A program made the position numbers and the translations under genes. Of a DNA stretch of 64,000 nt, positions 17,695 through 27,217 are shown one piece after another. The stretch is from IMG/VR virus record IMGVR_UViG_3300014501_000002, positions 32,001 through 96,000 of that record; one strand, given 5' to 3'. Positions within the stretch are counted from its first letter, which is position 1. The number at the start of each line of letters is the position of its first letter. The DNA is from a virus. The notes under the pieces were generated by a model. The model made no database searches, had not been told where the DNA came from, and saw nothing but the letters and a program-made list of their open reading frames with translations.

Positions 17695-19425
17695 ATGATT
17701 ATGGCAGACACCAACAATATCCCCGTCCCCACCGGTGCAACATTTGCGCCGGTAGAATCAGAAGCTGTTCCCGTTCCCCAAGGTGCGACATTTTCGCCGG
17801 TCACGCCTGTGTCCGATGTAAATCCCGGCACGATGTCTGCGCCTCCGAAGACAACCCCGGGCGGTCTTTTAGATACGGCGGCTCAGGCAGTAATCGATCC
17901 CATCGGCTCGGTGAGCAAAGCTTTGGATCATGTGACGTCGTCCATCGAGAATTATACGCAACAGGGACGTGCAGAACATCCGATCCTGTCCCGCATCGGT
18001 GACGCTACACGCGAAGCTAAAGAGTTGTTGACCGGCGGACAGTCGGCAGGTAAACCTCTCGGTACGTCAAGCGGCGTGACCAATAATCCCGTGACTATCG
18101 CGATGTCGACGGCTCCAGGTGCGGCTGAACTAGGCGCCGAGGCAGAACAAAGATTGACGCAAGGTTTGGAAGCGATTAAGTCAGCGCGGGTCGCGCGCAC
18201 TGCAACCGCGGCACAGGAAGCGGCTGCGAAGGTTGCAACCGTGAAACCCGTGGACCCGGCTCAGTTTGTGTATCGCGAGCCTTCCCCGGTGCCCCAACAC
18301 GGCGCGCCGGTACAGGTCGACAGCCCATTGGATAATGCAACGATCAATAAACTCCCCGGTGGAAAAGATTTGAGCGCGAATGCCATCGAGACTCTCAAAC
18401 AGCATGTCGGCGGCACACCTGGCGCGGAGATTGAGGCTGGAAGCAGCCCGAAGAACACGCTCATGAAGGCCGTCGAGCCTGTCCAGCAGACCATCAAAGA
18501 TACGGGTATCAAGATGAATGACCTGATACAGAATTCACCTCCGTTTCGATCCACCGTGAAGGACGACGGCACGTTGGTTGATGTGATGGACGAACTGAAG
18601 AACAACATACCCGCGAGCGATCGCGCGAAGCTGAGTCTAGATGTGGACGATGAATTGAAGAATGCAAACGACGCGATGATTTCGTTCGATCCGAACGAAG
18701 TGCTCGCGTATCGTCGGAAGCTCGGCAGTCAGATCGATTGGAACGATATCCCGCGCAACCCGCAGACTCCGGGAGAAGTGCAGAATGTCGCGAAGGTAAA
18801 AATTTACAAGGCATTGGGCGATAAGATTCACACCGAAGTCCCAGGCGCCGCGGAACTGGATAAAGTCTTCCAGCCGAACCTGGAATTGCAATCGCACCTC
18901 GACGCGAAGCTTGGACGCACAGTTAGTCGCGACCCAGTGGAAGCGAACGCACAACAGCGGTCCGAATTGCTCAAGGGCAAGGCGCAGCTGGAGAACAAGG
19001 CGCACAATGATATCGTTGCGAAGAACCGCGACCTCGCCGGGCTGTCAGAGAGCGACATAAAGCCGACCATCACCGGGGCGAATGTTCCTAAGACTCCGGT
19101 AGACGTGGCAGTCGACAAGGCTCTGGACCAGTTTAATGTACCCGTCACAGAGAAGCCCGCGTTGCGAGACATCCTTGATGTAAAGGCCGGGACTTATTAC
19201 GGCACGAACACCGATTGGGTAAACGCGAGAAATACTTTCGATAAACTGTCCCCGGCTGAGCGTGCGGCCCGATTCTCTAACCCCGAAGAGGTGCGATCGG
19301 TGCTACAGAAACAAGCTAAAAGGCAAGCTGTTAAGGCGATCCTTAAATATGGTAGTATCGGAGCGGCAGCCATCGGCACGGGTATCGACAGGTACATTCT
19401 GCACGCAGCGGCGACGGGAGAATAA
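17695..19425 (+). CDS. Internal virion/DNA ejection protein
   Basis: Helical; N-terminal PVPxGATFxPV twice; hydrophobic C-terminus; start may be 17701. Confidence 0.5.
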   Translation: MIMADTNNIPVPTGATFAPVESEAVPVPQGATFSPVTPVSDVNPGTMSAPPKTTPGGLLDTAAQAVIDPIGSVSKALDHVTSSIENYTQQGRAEHPILSRIGDATREAKELLTGGQSAGKPLGTSSGVTNNPVTIAMSTAPGAAELGAEAEQRLTQGLEAIKSARVARTATAAQEAAAKVATVKPVDPAQFVYREPSPVPQHGAPVQVDSPLDNATINKLPGGKDLSANAIETLKQHVGGTPGAEIEAGSSPKNTLMKAVEPVQQTIKDTGIKMNDLIQNSPPFRSTVKDDGTLVDVMDELKNNIPASDRAKLSLDVDDELKNANDAMISFDPNEVLAYRRKLGSQIDWNDIPRNPQTPGEVQNVAKVKIYKALGDKIHTEVPGAAELDKVFQPNLELQSHLDAKLGRTVSRDPVEANAQQRSELLKGKAQLENKAHNDIVAKNRDLAGLSESDIKPTITGANVPKTPVDVAVDKALDQFNVPVTEKPALRDILDVKAGTYYGTNTDWVNARNTFDKLSPAERAARFSNPEEVRSVLQKQAKRQAVKAILKYGSIGAAAIGTGIDRYILHAAATGE

Positions 19426-20085
19426 ATGTCATCCACGAATGTTATGCCTAAGAATGCCGATCCGATCGGGGACGTGGCTAAGGCGCTCGATAGCGTCGTA
19501 GGCGAAATCACTCAGTATCCCGAACAAGACGTCAAGCAGCATCCTATCCTGATCCACATCGCGAACACGTTGCGCGCGGCAACCGATATGCTGCGTAAGG
19601 AAACCGGCGCGGAGGGAACAAACCTCACGCAGAATCAAGTTTCGCCGGGCACGGACGAACAGGCGGCCAAGGGCGTTCAGAATTTGCCGGAGTTTGCGGC
19701 GGCGCACGGCGGCGACGAAGACCTCGCCGGTCTGTCCAAGGCCACGAAGCTTGTGGCGCTCGCGAAGAAATATCCGCAAGTCGCGGAGACGTTGAATATG
19801 GCGAAGGATCATCCGCTGCTCTCGAAGATCATCACCACGCCTCCGAAGCCGGAGCCTGCAGCGAAGTCTCCCGCAGCGAAACCGGCTGCGAAGAAAGATA
19901 AGACTGCGGCGAAGCCATCCGCTCCGGAAGCTAAGAACGAAGAGCAGCCCGAAGCCCCGCCTCCAGTCGAGGCAGGATTCGTGCGCGTGCAGGATAGTCG
20001 CGGCGGAATCCACGACATCCCCGAGCAGGCGATCGCTGCGGCGCAACAGCGCGATCCAGGTCTCAAGATCATGGGCGGTAAATAA
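19426..20085 (+). CDS. Hypothetical virion-associated protein with Pro/Ala/Lys linker
   Basis: Directly abuts both neighbouring genes. Confidence 0.55.
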   Translation: MSSTNVMPKNADPIGDVAKALDSVVGEITQYPEQDVKQHPILIHIANTLRAATDMLRKETGAEGTNLTQNQVSPGTDEQAAKGVQNLPEFAAAHGGDEDLAGLSKATKLVALAKKYPQVAETLNMAKDHPLLSKIITTPPKPEPAAKSPAAKPAAKKDKTAAKPSAPEAKNEEQPEAPPPVEAGFVRVQDSRGGIHDIPEQAIAAAQQRDPGLKIMGGK

Positions 20086-22148
20086 TGGCTGACGATAAGG
20101 ACTATCAACAGTCCGCGGAGTTTACGCCTACTCCGGAAGATACCAGAAGTTTCCAATCGTGGACGCCCACCGGCCCCACGCAAGTTGACGGAATGGTTTC
20201 ACCGGGGAACATTGATTTGACTGCGCGCCCGATCGTTCATCACTCGGACGGATCGTCCAGTTCTTTGTATTCGTCCAGCTTCAATGAGGACGGCCGCGAA
20301 ATCCTGGTCCCGCAAGTGAGCTCCGACGGCCACATGATGACCGAGCAAGAATCTCGAGATGAATACCATAAAACCGGAAAGCATCTCGGTATGTTCAAGA
20401 GCCCCGATGACGCGGATAAGTACGCGTCGATGCTTCATTTGAAACAGGGCGCGTTCCAGACATACAAGAACGGCGGGAAGTATAACCCATCCGTCGAGAC
20501 TTATGACGATTGGAAAGAGCCTAAAGATGGAGCTCCGGAAAGCAGCCGATTGGTGGGCGATCGAGCACTAGCCAGCACTCAAGCACAAGCCAAAGCTGAT
20601 CTTCCGCAACCGAAAACTCAATCCGCATTCGACTTCTCCGATCTAGGTGGGAAGAAAATTTCTGCGGGCGATGCGCTCAAAAAGAACGAAGCGGATGCCG
20701 CGGCAGATAACGAACTGTACGGCACAAATCCCCAGGCGTATAAAGTCAAGCATCCGATCGATTACCAAATTCGTAAAGCACACGACTTCATGTCGAATGC
20801 GATCACCGGTCTCGCGATGCACGATCAGGCCGCAAGCACGAAGGCATTGGCTGAAGCGCCTGTACGTAAAGTGGTCAGCGGCGCGATGGGTCTCGCGGGT
20901 GTGCCGACCGGCGAACAGGAAGGCGGGATACTGAAATCTACGTTACCAGTTAGGCCCGGTGGCGGTGAATTAGGCAACATTGAGCGCGGCCCGGATCGCC
21001 GCGTCGGCGGCGATGAGCTACCCGTGGAAGGCGAGCGTCGTCTCGGGCCACGTCGGCAAGTCACATATTCAGATGCGCAGAGTCGCGCGATCAAGAACGT
21101 AGATGCACAAATCGCCAAGCCTGGTATAACTCCTGAAGACCATTCTTCTTTGACTCGACAGAGACAGGAAATTCTCGATCACCCGGAAGACTTCGGTGTG
21201 GTCAGCGAGGCGCGGAAAGAGCCCAACGAGCCCGGCCTTGAGCAACAGATCAACGCGGTGCGCGGCCAGATCGGTCGTGGAAAGTCTCCGGAGTCCTTGG
21301 AGCCTGGCGCCCGGTACCTGTACCAGAAGTACGTGTCGCCTCTAGGCGGCGAAATTTCTAAATCGTACAAGCCGGTTGCCGGTTTGGACCCCGAAGAGGT
21401 AGAAGCGATCGGCGGAAAGACCATCGTTCCGCCTACGCCGCACCCCGATGTGATCAAAGACGGGTGGATCACGGACCAGGGATTCGTCGAGAACCCGCAC
21501 GGAACAAATCACAAACAGAATGCACCGGACAATGATACGCAAGCTGCGATTAAAAACGGCCACGTACGTGTCGCGACGCTGGGAACGAACGGAGAGAATC
21601 TCCATTTCGAAGCACACGACTACAGCAACCCTGTTACTCGCAAGCGCATCGCGGACGCGATTCAGCATGGGCCGCGTGCACAAAACATCAGTATGGAGTT
21701 CACGAAGTCTCAAGCTTATAAAAATGCAATGAGCATGAGCCCGGAAGATGCAATGAAATGGCTCGACTCACACGGCGGTGTCTCCGGAGTGACCGAAGAG
21801 GTTAAACCCGGCCCGGCTACCGACCCGCACGAGTATACGGAGTCTGCGAAGTACAACGGAGTGGAATACCGCGGTTTACAGAAACCAATCCTGGATGATA
21901 CCGGGAAAGTTTTGCATCCCGGTGTGGCAATGTTCCAAGACCCGAAATCGGGCACGTCCGTCGCGGTGCGATTGGATGAATGGACCCCGGCGAAGCTGCA
22001 CGAGCACGTAGAGGCGGCGCGCGAGCGTATGAAGGGTACGCCCAATGTTGTGAAGCCGACGTACGGCGTGGTACTGAAAAAGCTTGACAAGAAGCCGAAG
22101 ATTAAGCTAGACTCTGATGAGGCTGGAAGAAAAGCCCTTTACGAATAA
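20085..22148 (+). CDS. Large internal virion-like protein
   Basis: TAATG coupling; N-terminal GNIDLxxRP...DGREILVP...TGKHLGMF domain of a type I recall from large phage virion proteins. Confidence 0.5.
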   Translation: MADDKDYQQSAEFTPTPEDTRSFQSWTPTGPTQVDGMVSPGNIDLTARPIVHHSDGSSSSLYSSSFNEDGREILVPQVSSDGHMMTEQESRDEYHKTGKHLGMFKSPDDADKYASMLHLKQGAFQTYKNGGKYNPSVETYDDWKEPKDGAPESSRLVGDRALASTQAQAKADLPQPKTQSAFDFSDLGGKKISAGDALKKNEADAAADNELYGTNPQAYKVKHPIDYQIRKAHDFMSNAITGLAMHDQAASTKALAEAPVRKVVSGAMGLAGVPTGEQEGGILKSTLPVRPGGGELGNIERGPDRRVGGDELPVEGERRLGPRRQVTYSDAQSRAIKNVDAQIAKPGITPEDHSSLTRQRQEILDHPEDFGVVSEARKEPNEPGLEQQINAVRGQIGRGKSPESLEPGARYLYQKYVSPLGGEISKSYKPVAGLDPEEVEAIGGKTIVPPTPHPDVIKDGWITDQGFVENPHGTNHKQNAPDNDTQAAIKNGHVRVATLGTNGENLHFEAHDYSNPVTRKRIADAIQHGPRAQNISMEFTKSQAYKNAMSMSPEDAMKWLDSHGGVSGVTEEVKPGPATDPHEYTESAKYNGVEYRGLQKPILDDTGKVLHPGVAMFQDPKSGTSVAVRLDEWTPAKLHEHVEAARERMKGTPNVVKPTYGVVLKKLDKKPKIKLDSDEAGRKALYE
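22085..22114 (+). promoter_or_regulatory. Possible sigma70 promoter for 22158..22436
   Basis: TTGACA-18-TAGACT inside the 3' end of the upstream gene. Confidence 0.4.
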
Positions 22149-22157
22149 AGGAGGCTT

Positions 22158-22436
22158 ATGCTCTACAGAATCTATGCAGCAAATATTTTATTTGATGATG
22201 TGGCGGTCATTTTATGCGGCCGCGGCATTCGGTCGTTCTCGCTGATTAAGCAAGAGGGTTACTGGCGCGGCGTACCTGAAGCATCGATTGTAATCGATGT
22301 GTTCGATCAGGGTGGAGAACTTGAGAATCGGATATATGCGGCCGCAGAAGATATTCGTGCGCTCACCGGTCAAGAGATTGTGTACGTGATCGAATCCAAG
22401 GCACATGCGGTCCGATCGATAAAACAAAAGTCTTGA
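22158..22436 (+). CDS. Hypothetical protein
   Basis: AAGGAGG RBS, 92 aa. Confidence 0.7.
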   Translation: MLYRIYAANILFDDVAVILCGRGIRSFSLIKQEGYWRGVPEASIVIDVFDQGGELENRIYAAAEDIRALTGQEIVYVIESKAHAVRSIKQKS

Positions 22437-22493
22437 CATCAGTTTTGTAATTTCGGCTCCACCATTTCTCGGTAGCTAAAGAAAGGAGGACCA

Positions 22494-22643
22494 ATGAGTG
22501 AGAATAAGGGCGGGGACGTTCTAGCTCGCGGGAATGTGCGGTGCACATTTCAGCCAGCCGGTTCGAAAGTCTCGCAAAAGAAGTGGGATAAGATTTGGGA
22601 TATCTCCACGAAGAAAGCGCCTCGCAAAAACCGCAAGAGCTAA
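22494..22643 (+). CDS. Small basic hypothetical protein (49 aa, not in ORF track)
   Basis: AAGGAGG RBS; MSENKGGDVLARG...KKAPRKNRKS. Confidence 0.55.
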   Translation: MSENKGGDVLARGNVRCTFQPAGSKVSQKKWDKIWDISTKKAPRKNRKS

Positions 22644-22718
22644 CCTAAAATGATCGTATCTGGTGCCGGGTAACTGTCCCGCAGGCCCGGCACAATCCCT
22701 TGAACTGAGGAGGCTCAG

Positions 22719-23078
22719 ATGTCAAGTTTATTGGCAGTGAATTACGATGAGCGCCACAAGGCGTTCGCGGATTTCAAACAGGATATTGAAACACGGCTCG
22801 AAGCATGGCTCTTGGAACATCCTGTCCAGGAACAGAAATTGCTCACCACAGCCTTCGGGAAAAACATGATCGTGAAAGTGCTGCCGTCCAATTTCGCGTA
22901 TGGCGGGTGGATCGTGTACAAGAACGGGGAGATTATGGAGACGTTCACCGGCGAGAACGCATGGTCGGACGCGACCGCGTACGGAAACAGTCTATTGAAT
23001 CCAACTCTGCAAGAAGAAAATCGACAGCGAGACGAACAAGAAGAGAGGCGTCGGAGAGACGAAGGTTACATTTATTAA
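22719..23078 (+). CDS. Hypothetical protein
   Basis: GAGGAGG RBS, 119 aa. Confidence 0.7.
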   Translation: MSSLLAVNYDERHKAFADFKQDIETRLEAWLLEHPVQEQKLLTTAFGKNMIVKVLPSNFAYGGWIVYKNGEIMETFTGENAWSDATAYGNSLLNPTLQEENRQRDEQEERRRRDEGYIY

Positions 23079-23084
23079 GCTTAG

Positions 23085-23132
23085 GGTGCGGGCACAGTAG
23101 ATCCCAGAAATGGGCACGTGTCATCCCGCACC
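23085..23132 (+). repeat. Copy 1 of 40-nt structured element (other copy at 62780..62827 on - strand)
   Basis: CGGGCACAGTAGATCCCAGAAATGGGCACgtgtCATCCCG at 23089-23128 matches 37/40 to the reverse complement of 62784-62823. Confidence 0.85.
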
Positions 23133-23138
23133 ACAATT

Positions 23139-24053
23139 TTAAAGAACGGGCACACTCGATCCCAGAATATCAAACCCCAGCCCGGCCTTTTTGGCCCATT
23201 CCTTGCGCAGCGTAGTGTTCTGTGCAAGCTTAGAATACCGATCGGTGATATCTCGGTTGGCCGAGTGGCCGATCCAGAACTTCAGGATGTCCTCGGGTGT
23301 CCCGACTTCCCGGAGCCGCGTGGTGCGAAACCGGCGAAGGCTGTGATGTCCAGGCACGCCGTCCGCTTTCAGCGTCCGGTACGTATTATCACGTTTCATG
23401 TTGAATAGTTTGCCTGTCGGGCCACTTATCGCGCGCAGCGTATCACTGATCTCTGGGATGATATCCACCTCGCGCGTGCCTGCGGCCGTCTTCGGCGTCG
23501 CGCTTCGTCCGTCCTGTACCTGATCCCGGATAATCAGCTTGCCTTGCTCTGGGAGCCAGAACGACCCTTTGCCGTCGTCCAGGCCCGCCCGTAGCGCCAA
23601 GCATTCGCTGATTCTAAGCCCAGTACCAGCCAGAGTGATATACAGAGGCTTAAACAGCCCTTCCGCCTCGGAAATCGCCTCCTGGAGGGCTTCCCGGCCT
23701 ATGCTAGGCGATGATTGATCCGATGGATTCACTTCCGGAAGGTCGATAAAGTCTGCATTCCACGTACGCGGGTACAATTCGTTGCCATTCGCGTCCGTCG
23801 CGGAGGCTATAACCCCCTTTAAACAGTTCACGATACCACACACCGACGCCGGTTTTAGTTCCCCGGCGATCGAAGACACAAACTTCTTCATGCTTCCGTT
23901 ATCGAAGTTCGCCAAGTCTTCGGCGCCGCAGAGGGGAACGATCCATGTCCGGAGGTAACTCTGGTATCTTTGCAGGGTTCCCGGCTTGGGCGGCTTCCGG
24001 CGCCGAGACTCTAAGGCTTTGATGAATGCGACCGATTGTTCTTGGATGGTCAT
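23139..24053 (-). CDS. int: Tyrosine recombinase/integrase
   Basis: Catalytic residues TGLRISE (R), TPKT (K), HSLRR (HxxR), IGH, DRYS (Y); ATG 24053 with GGAGG RBS. Confidence 0.9.
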   Translation of the reverse strand: MTIQEQSVAFIKALESRRRKPPKPGTLQRYQSYLRTWIVPLCGAEDLANFDNGSMKKFVSSIAGELKPASVCGIVNCLKGVIASATDANGNELYPRTWNADFIDLPEVNPSDQSSPSIGREALQEAISEAEGLFKPLYITLAGTGLRISECLALRAGLDDGKGSFWLPEQGKLIIRDQVQDGRSATPKTAAGTREVDIIPEISDTLRAISGPTGKLFNMKRDNTYRTLKADGVPGHHSLRRFRTTRLREVGTPEDILKFWIGHSANRDITDRYSKLAQNTTLRKEWAKKAGLGFDILGSSVPVL

Positions 24054-24071
24054 TGTATCCTCCTGTAAACG

Positions 24072-24100
24072 AAGGTAGCATTGATTCACAGGCGGGTCAA
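24072..24100 (-). promoter_or_regulatory. Putative integrase promoter
   Basis: TTGACC-17-TACCTT. Confidence 0.55.
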
Positions 24101-24101
24101 G

Positions 24102-24320
24102 CTAATTTATTTTGATGTTCGGATTCGGACACAACTCTTGTTTCTGTTTAATTATTTCGAGCCATACGACGGCAGCTGTAGCCGGTACTAACCCGGATGG
24201 ATAGATGTCGCCCCTCTGGTATTCTTCGTCGTATTTTTTGTATAGCTTTGCACATTCTTCGCAACACTCCATATACCTCTTTTCCAACTCGTTCAATTTC
24301 CTCCGCTTCTTTTGGTCCAT
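24102..24320 (-). CDS. Hypothetical protein
   Basis: AGGAGG RBS, 72 aa. Confidence 0.65.
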   Translation of the reverse strand: MDQKKRRKLNELEKRYMECCEECAKLYKKYDEEYQRGDIYPSGLVPATAAVVWLEIIKQKQELCPNPNIKIN

Positions 24321-24328
24321 GACGCCTC

Positions 24329-24582
24329 CTAGAGATTAACGTGCCCGGTCGGACTGACCAGGTTGCGTCGGTCAGGGTGCTTCTTGCAAAAGATGATTTC
24401 GCGGCCCCATTTATCAGCGCGGCGTTGTCTTGCTTTCGAACCGTGATAGCGCTCATTACCGCATGCAGAACACCCCGAAGTTCGATGCCTCTGTATCCAC
24501 ATGGATGGCTTAATTGGTTTCTTATGCTTCGCGGCTTGAACGCGCAGTACGGGCGTCGTCGCACGCCAAAATCATCAATCAT
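24329..24582 (-). pseudogene. Apparently frameshifted paralog of 62862..63125
   Basis: Start frame MIDDFGVRRRPYCA; a second frame reads KHKKPIKPSMW...RTSGCSAC...LVSPTGH, matching the distal gene. Confidence 0.5.
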
Positions 24583-24725
24583 GACTTCTCCTTATACATC
24601 GCCTTATACATCGCCTTCTTGACTAGGTCGTCGAGAGTCTTGGCCGTATGCCACAAACCAGCTTCTCGTAGATCCAGGACCGCCTTTTGAATGCGGTGAA
24701 TCGAGTTAATCTGTTCTCGGGTCAT
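24579..24725 (-). CDS. Small hypothetical protein (48 aa) with 12-bp tandem duplication
   Basis: MTREQINSIHRIQKAV...KAMYKAMYKEKS; ATGA overlap with next start. Confidence 0.5.
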   Translation of the reverse strand: MTREQINSIHRIQKAVLDLREAGLWHTAKTLDDLVKKAMYKAMYKEKS

Positions 24726-24835
24726 CGGAGCACTCCCACGAAGACAAATCCCCAGCTAATCAGAGTCTTGAACAGGTAGAACACGACCAGTAGTTTCTTC
24801 GATTTCACAAAATGTGACCTCCTTCCATCATAGAT

Positions 24836-24864
24836 AGAATAACTCAGTCAAGGTGCAATGTCAA
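24836..24864 (-). promoter_or_regulatory. Sigma70-type promoter
   Basis: TTGACA-17-TATTCT, intergenic. Confidence 0.7.
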
Positions 24865-24870
24865 GTTCTT

Positions 24871-25125
24871 TTAGATACAAATGGAGTAAAACCCCACAGG
24901 CTCGGAACCGAGGATCAGGAACACTCCAGCATCAGTATGCACACGCAGGACATCGAGAATACCGGAAGATGAGATTGAAAGTCGGCGCACGTCCTCTGGG
25001 AAAGAAAACGTGTGCTCGTTCCACAACTTCGTTCGACCGGCGTTCCAATCGTCGAGAGTTACGTACCCTAGTTCATTCCCGCACGCGAACCACTTCAGAC
25101 CGCAGTAATCAATTGTGTTTGTCAT
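24871..25125 (-). CDS. Hypothetical protein
   Basis: AGGAGG RBS, 84 aa. Confidence 0.65.
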   Translation of the reverse strand: MTNTIDYCGLKWFACGNELGYVTLDDWNAGRTKLWNEHTFSFPEDVRRLSISSSGILDVLRVHTDAGVFLILGSEPVGFYSICI

Positions 25126-25185
25126 GTTCCCTCCTAACTACATCTAGAAATTTTAGGGCGGTGGGTCGCCGCCCTAGACAACTGT

Positions 25186-25611
25186 TTAGAATACTATTGT
25201 GAGTCCGACATGAGCGCCAGGATAGAACGGATTGTACATGTAGTACGCCCCATCTGGGCCTTCATCCACGTAAACGCCGTCAGAATATGCCCAACCTACG
25301 GGCCATTCCTCGAAGTCGAACTGAAATCCACCATAGTAGAATCCCCATCCGCCGTCAATGCCGAACGGTGAACATACGAACACATGGCCTCGACCGAAAT
25401 AGCGTCCGCGATAGTCGGCGTCAAAATGACGCCCATCGAAATGACCTCGTTCACGATCATGGTCTCCGCGAAATGCGCGATCGTCGCCTCTGTGCTGCTG
25501 TTGTGCGTGCTGACCCCCTCGTCGATTCCCGCCTCCGTGTTCCTGGCGTTGCGCATAAACTGGCGCGGCCAGCAATGCCAATGTTAGTACAAATAGTACG
25601 ATTGCTTTCAT
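25186..25611 (-). CDS. Secreted Gly/Arg/His-rich protein with aromatic C-terminal domain
   Basis: Signal peptide MKAIVLFVLTLALLAAPVYA; AAGGAG RBS. Confidence 0.75.
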   Translation of the reverse strand: MKAIVLFVLTLALLAAPVYAQRQEHGGGNRRGGQHAQQQHRGDDRAFRGDHDRERGHFDGRHFDADYRGRYFGRGHVFVCSPFGIDGGWGFYYGGFQFDFEEWPVGWAYSDGVYVDEGPDGAYYMYNPFYPGAHVGLTIVF

Positions 25612-25807
25612 TTGTTCTCCTTTGTGGTAGAAATTTTAGGGCGGCCCTACACTCGGCGCCGCCCAACCGGTTTAACGTCTGACCGGTACTCGACGCGGGC
25701 CTTTACGTTGATCAGCCTATGTGGTGCGGGCGGCATTACCCGGTCGACACCTCGCATAGCCAACGTCGTGCCCTTTTATCCTGAGCCCTCGATGAAGCAT
25801 CACCAGT

Positions 25808-25981
25808 TTACCCAGGTAAATTCGTATGAACCTTTCGGACCTTAATCTTGATATCGCTGTTCCGGACCGAGAATTCGTTGCCTCGACTGTCCTTGATGCG
25901 GGACAGGATCGCGCCCGACGCCAGTATACACACCGGCAGTCCTTGAAAGAACGCCACCTCCACGGTTCGTGTCCCGGTCAT
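25808..25981 (-). CDS. Small hypothetical protein (57 aa)
   Basis: MTGTRTVEVAFFQGLPVC...; ATGA overlap with 25978..26226. Confidence 0.5.
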   Translation of the reverse strand: MTGTRTVEVAFFQGLPVCILASGAILSRIKDSRGNEFSVRNSDIKIKVRKVHTNLPG

Positions 25982-26879
25982 TCGGCCTCCATCGGTGCAT
26001 TCAGTTCACGCCTCACGTCGGCCAGCCAATAGTGTGCAGCGCAAACATATGAGGGTTGCATATCATCGCACGGTGTGCCCTCGCAGTTGCCGCACATATA
26101 GCCGATGTAATCAGGCAAGAACTTTAAGCCTCGCCGCAATAGCTTTTCTGCGTTGCTCGTGTCTTTCGGAAAAGTGATCGGGCCGTTTTGGATAACCATA
26201 TCTTTGTATCGAATCACCTTAGTCATGGTTTCTCCAATGTGTGCACGCCTAAAACTTCTCTACAATACTTCAGAAGCATCGTTCGGCATTCCTCTTCAGT
26301 ACTGTAAGGTCCGTTTTCATCCGCCCACGTCTCTTCATAAAACCACCATGTACTGTCGGGATGTGAATGTACTGGGTCCGGAGGTTTCACGGAGTCGCAA
26401 TCGTTTCTTTTTAATTCACTCATAATTTTCCACCTCCATTACGGCGCTGGTTATAATTAACCGGCCGTCGGCTTTGTCGTGATAGGGCTCGCAGTTCAGG
26501 ATCGCTGGGTAACCCAGTTGAATCTCCGGTATCTCAAGCAGCGCTCCGTTGTCGCCGCGCACGTATCCGGACTTTTCGGTCTCCGTGACGCGCGCCCACC
26601 GAAGATGCTCGGAGTCGATTTCGTAAATGCTTCCTGTACGAGTCTTGAATCGAATCATAGATCGCTCCTCAACACGCTGGCATCTATGTAGATATATCGC
26701 ACCGGCACATGTTGGATTAGCATGGGCTCGAAGCCATCGATGTGTAACACGCGCCAGTTTGACCGATAGATGTGCCCCATTTGAATATCCGGTATCTCAA
26801 ACAGCATTGCCTCGCGTCCAACCACGTATGTACGATATGGTGCGCCTGTTACAGTCGGTTGCGTAAGATGAATCGTCAT
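25978..26879 (-). CDS. Four coupled small hypothetical genes (25978..26226, 26223..26423, 26416..26658, 26655..26879)
   Basis: Overlapping stop/start junctions, all on the - strand. Confidence 0.65.
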
Positions 26880-27217
26880 ACGAATTTCCTCCCGTAAAAC
26901 TTGATGATGACTTGTTCCATGCGCGCTTTGCCTGCTGGATTCGCGGAATGTACACGCACGCCGCCGCTCGGCCAGAATTGCGGATGTTGCTTCAGGAACA
27001 GGACGACATCGTAGCCGGACAGTTGGCCGTCTTCGTAAATCTTACCTAGGTAGCCGCCTAGGGTCATCTGACCTTCGGACAGGTCGTGGTCTAGCGACGC
27101 CACAGTCACCACTCCGGTACGGAATATGGAGACCGCTTCCTCCGCGGTCTTGGCCCAGTACCAATCCGGTCTGCCAAAATCCACCGGGTCACGGATGTCA
27201 TCCAACCAAAGTTTCAT
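26876..27217 (-). CDS. Cyclic-phosphate-processing receiver (cREC)-like protein
   Basis: LWLDDIR, SLDHDL, GYDVV, VHSANPAG motifs of this stand-alone receiver-like family. Confidence 0.8.
   Translation of the reverse strand: MKLWLDDIRDPVDFGRPDWYWAKTAEEAVSIFRTGVVTVASLDHDLSEGQMTLGGYLGKIYEDGQLSGYDVVLFLKQHPQFWPSGGVRVHSANPAGKARMEQVIIKFYGRKFV

Noticed and set aside
19429-20046. Long antisense ORFs (also 7917..8627, 32606..33025, 38807..39370, 54099..54665)
   Set aside because: Shadow frames of GC-rich or repetitive real genes, with no RBS or motifs
22663-22693. GTGCCGGG/CCCGGCAC hairpin as another copy of the structured element
   Set aside because: Loop shares no sequence with the core; more simply an mRNA stabilising or weak terminator hairpin
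23085-23132. Group II intron domain V or c-di-GMP riboswitch
   Set aside because: Has a GAAA-capped stem and GGGCAC but lacks the paired AGC triad helix and the second riboswitch stem
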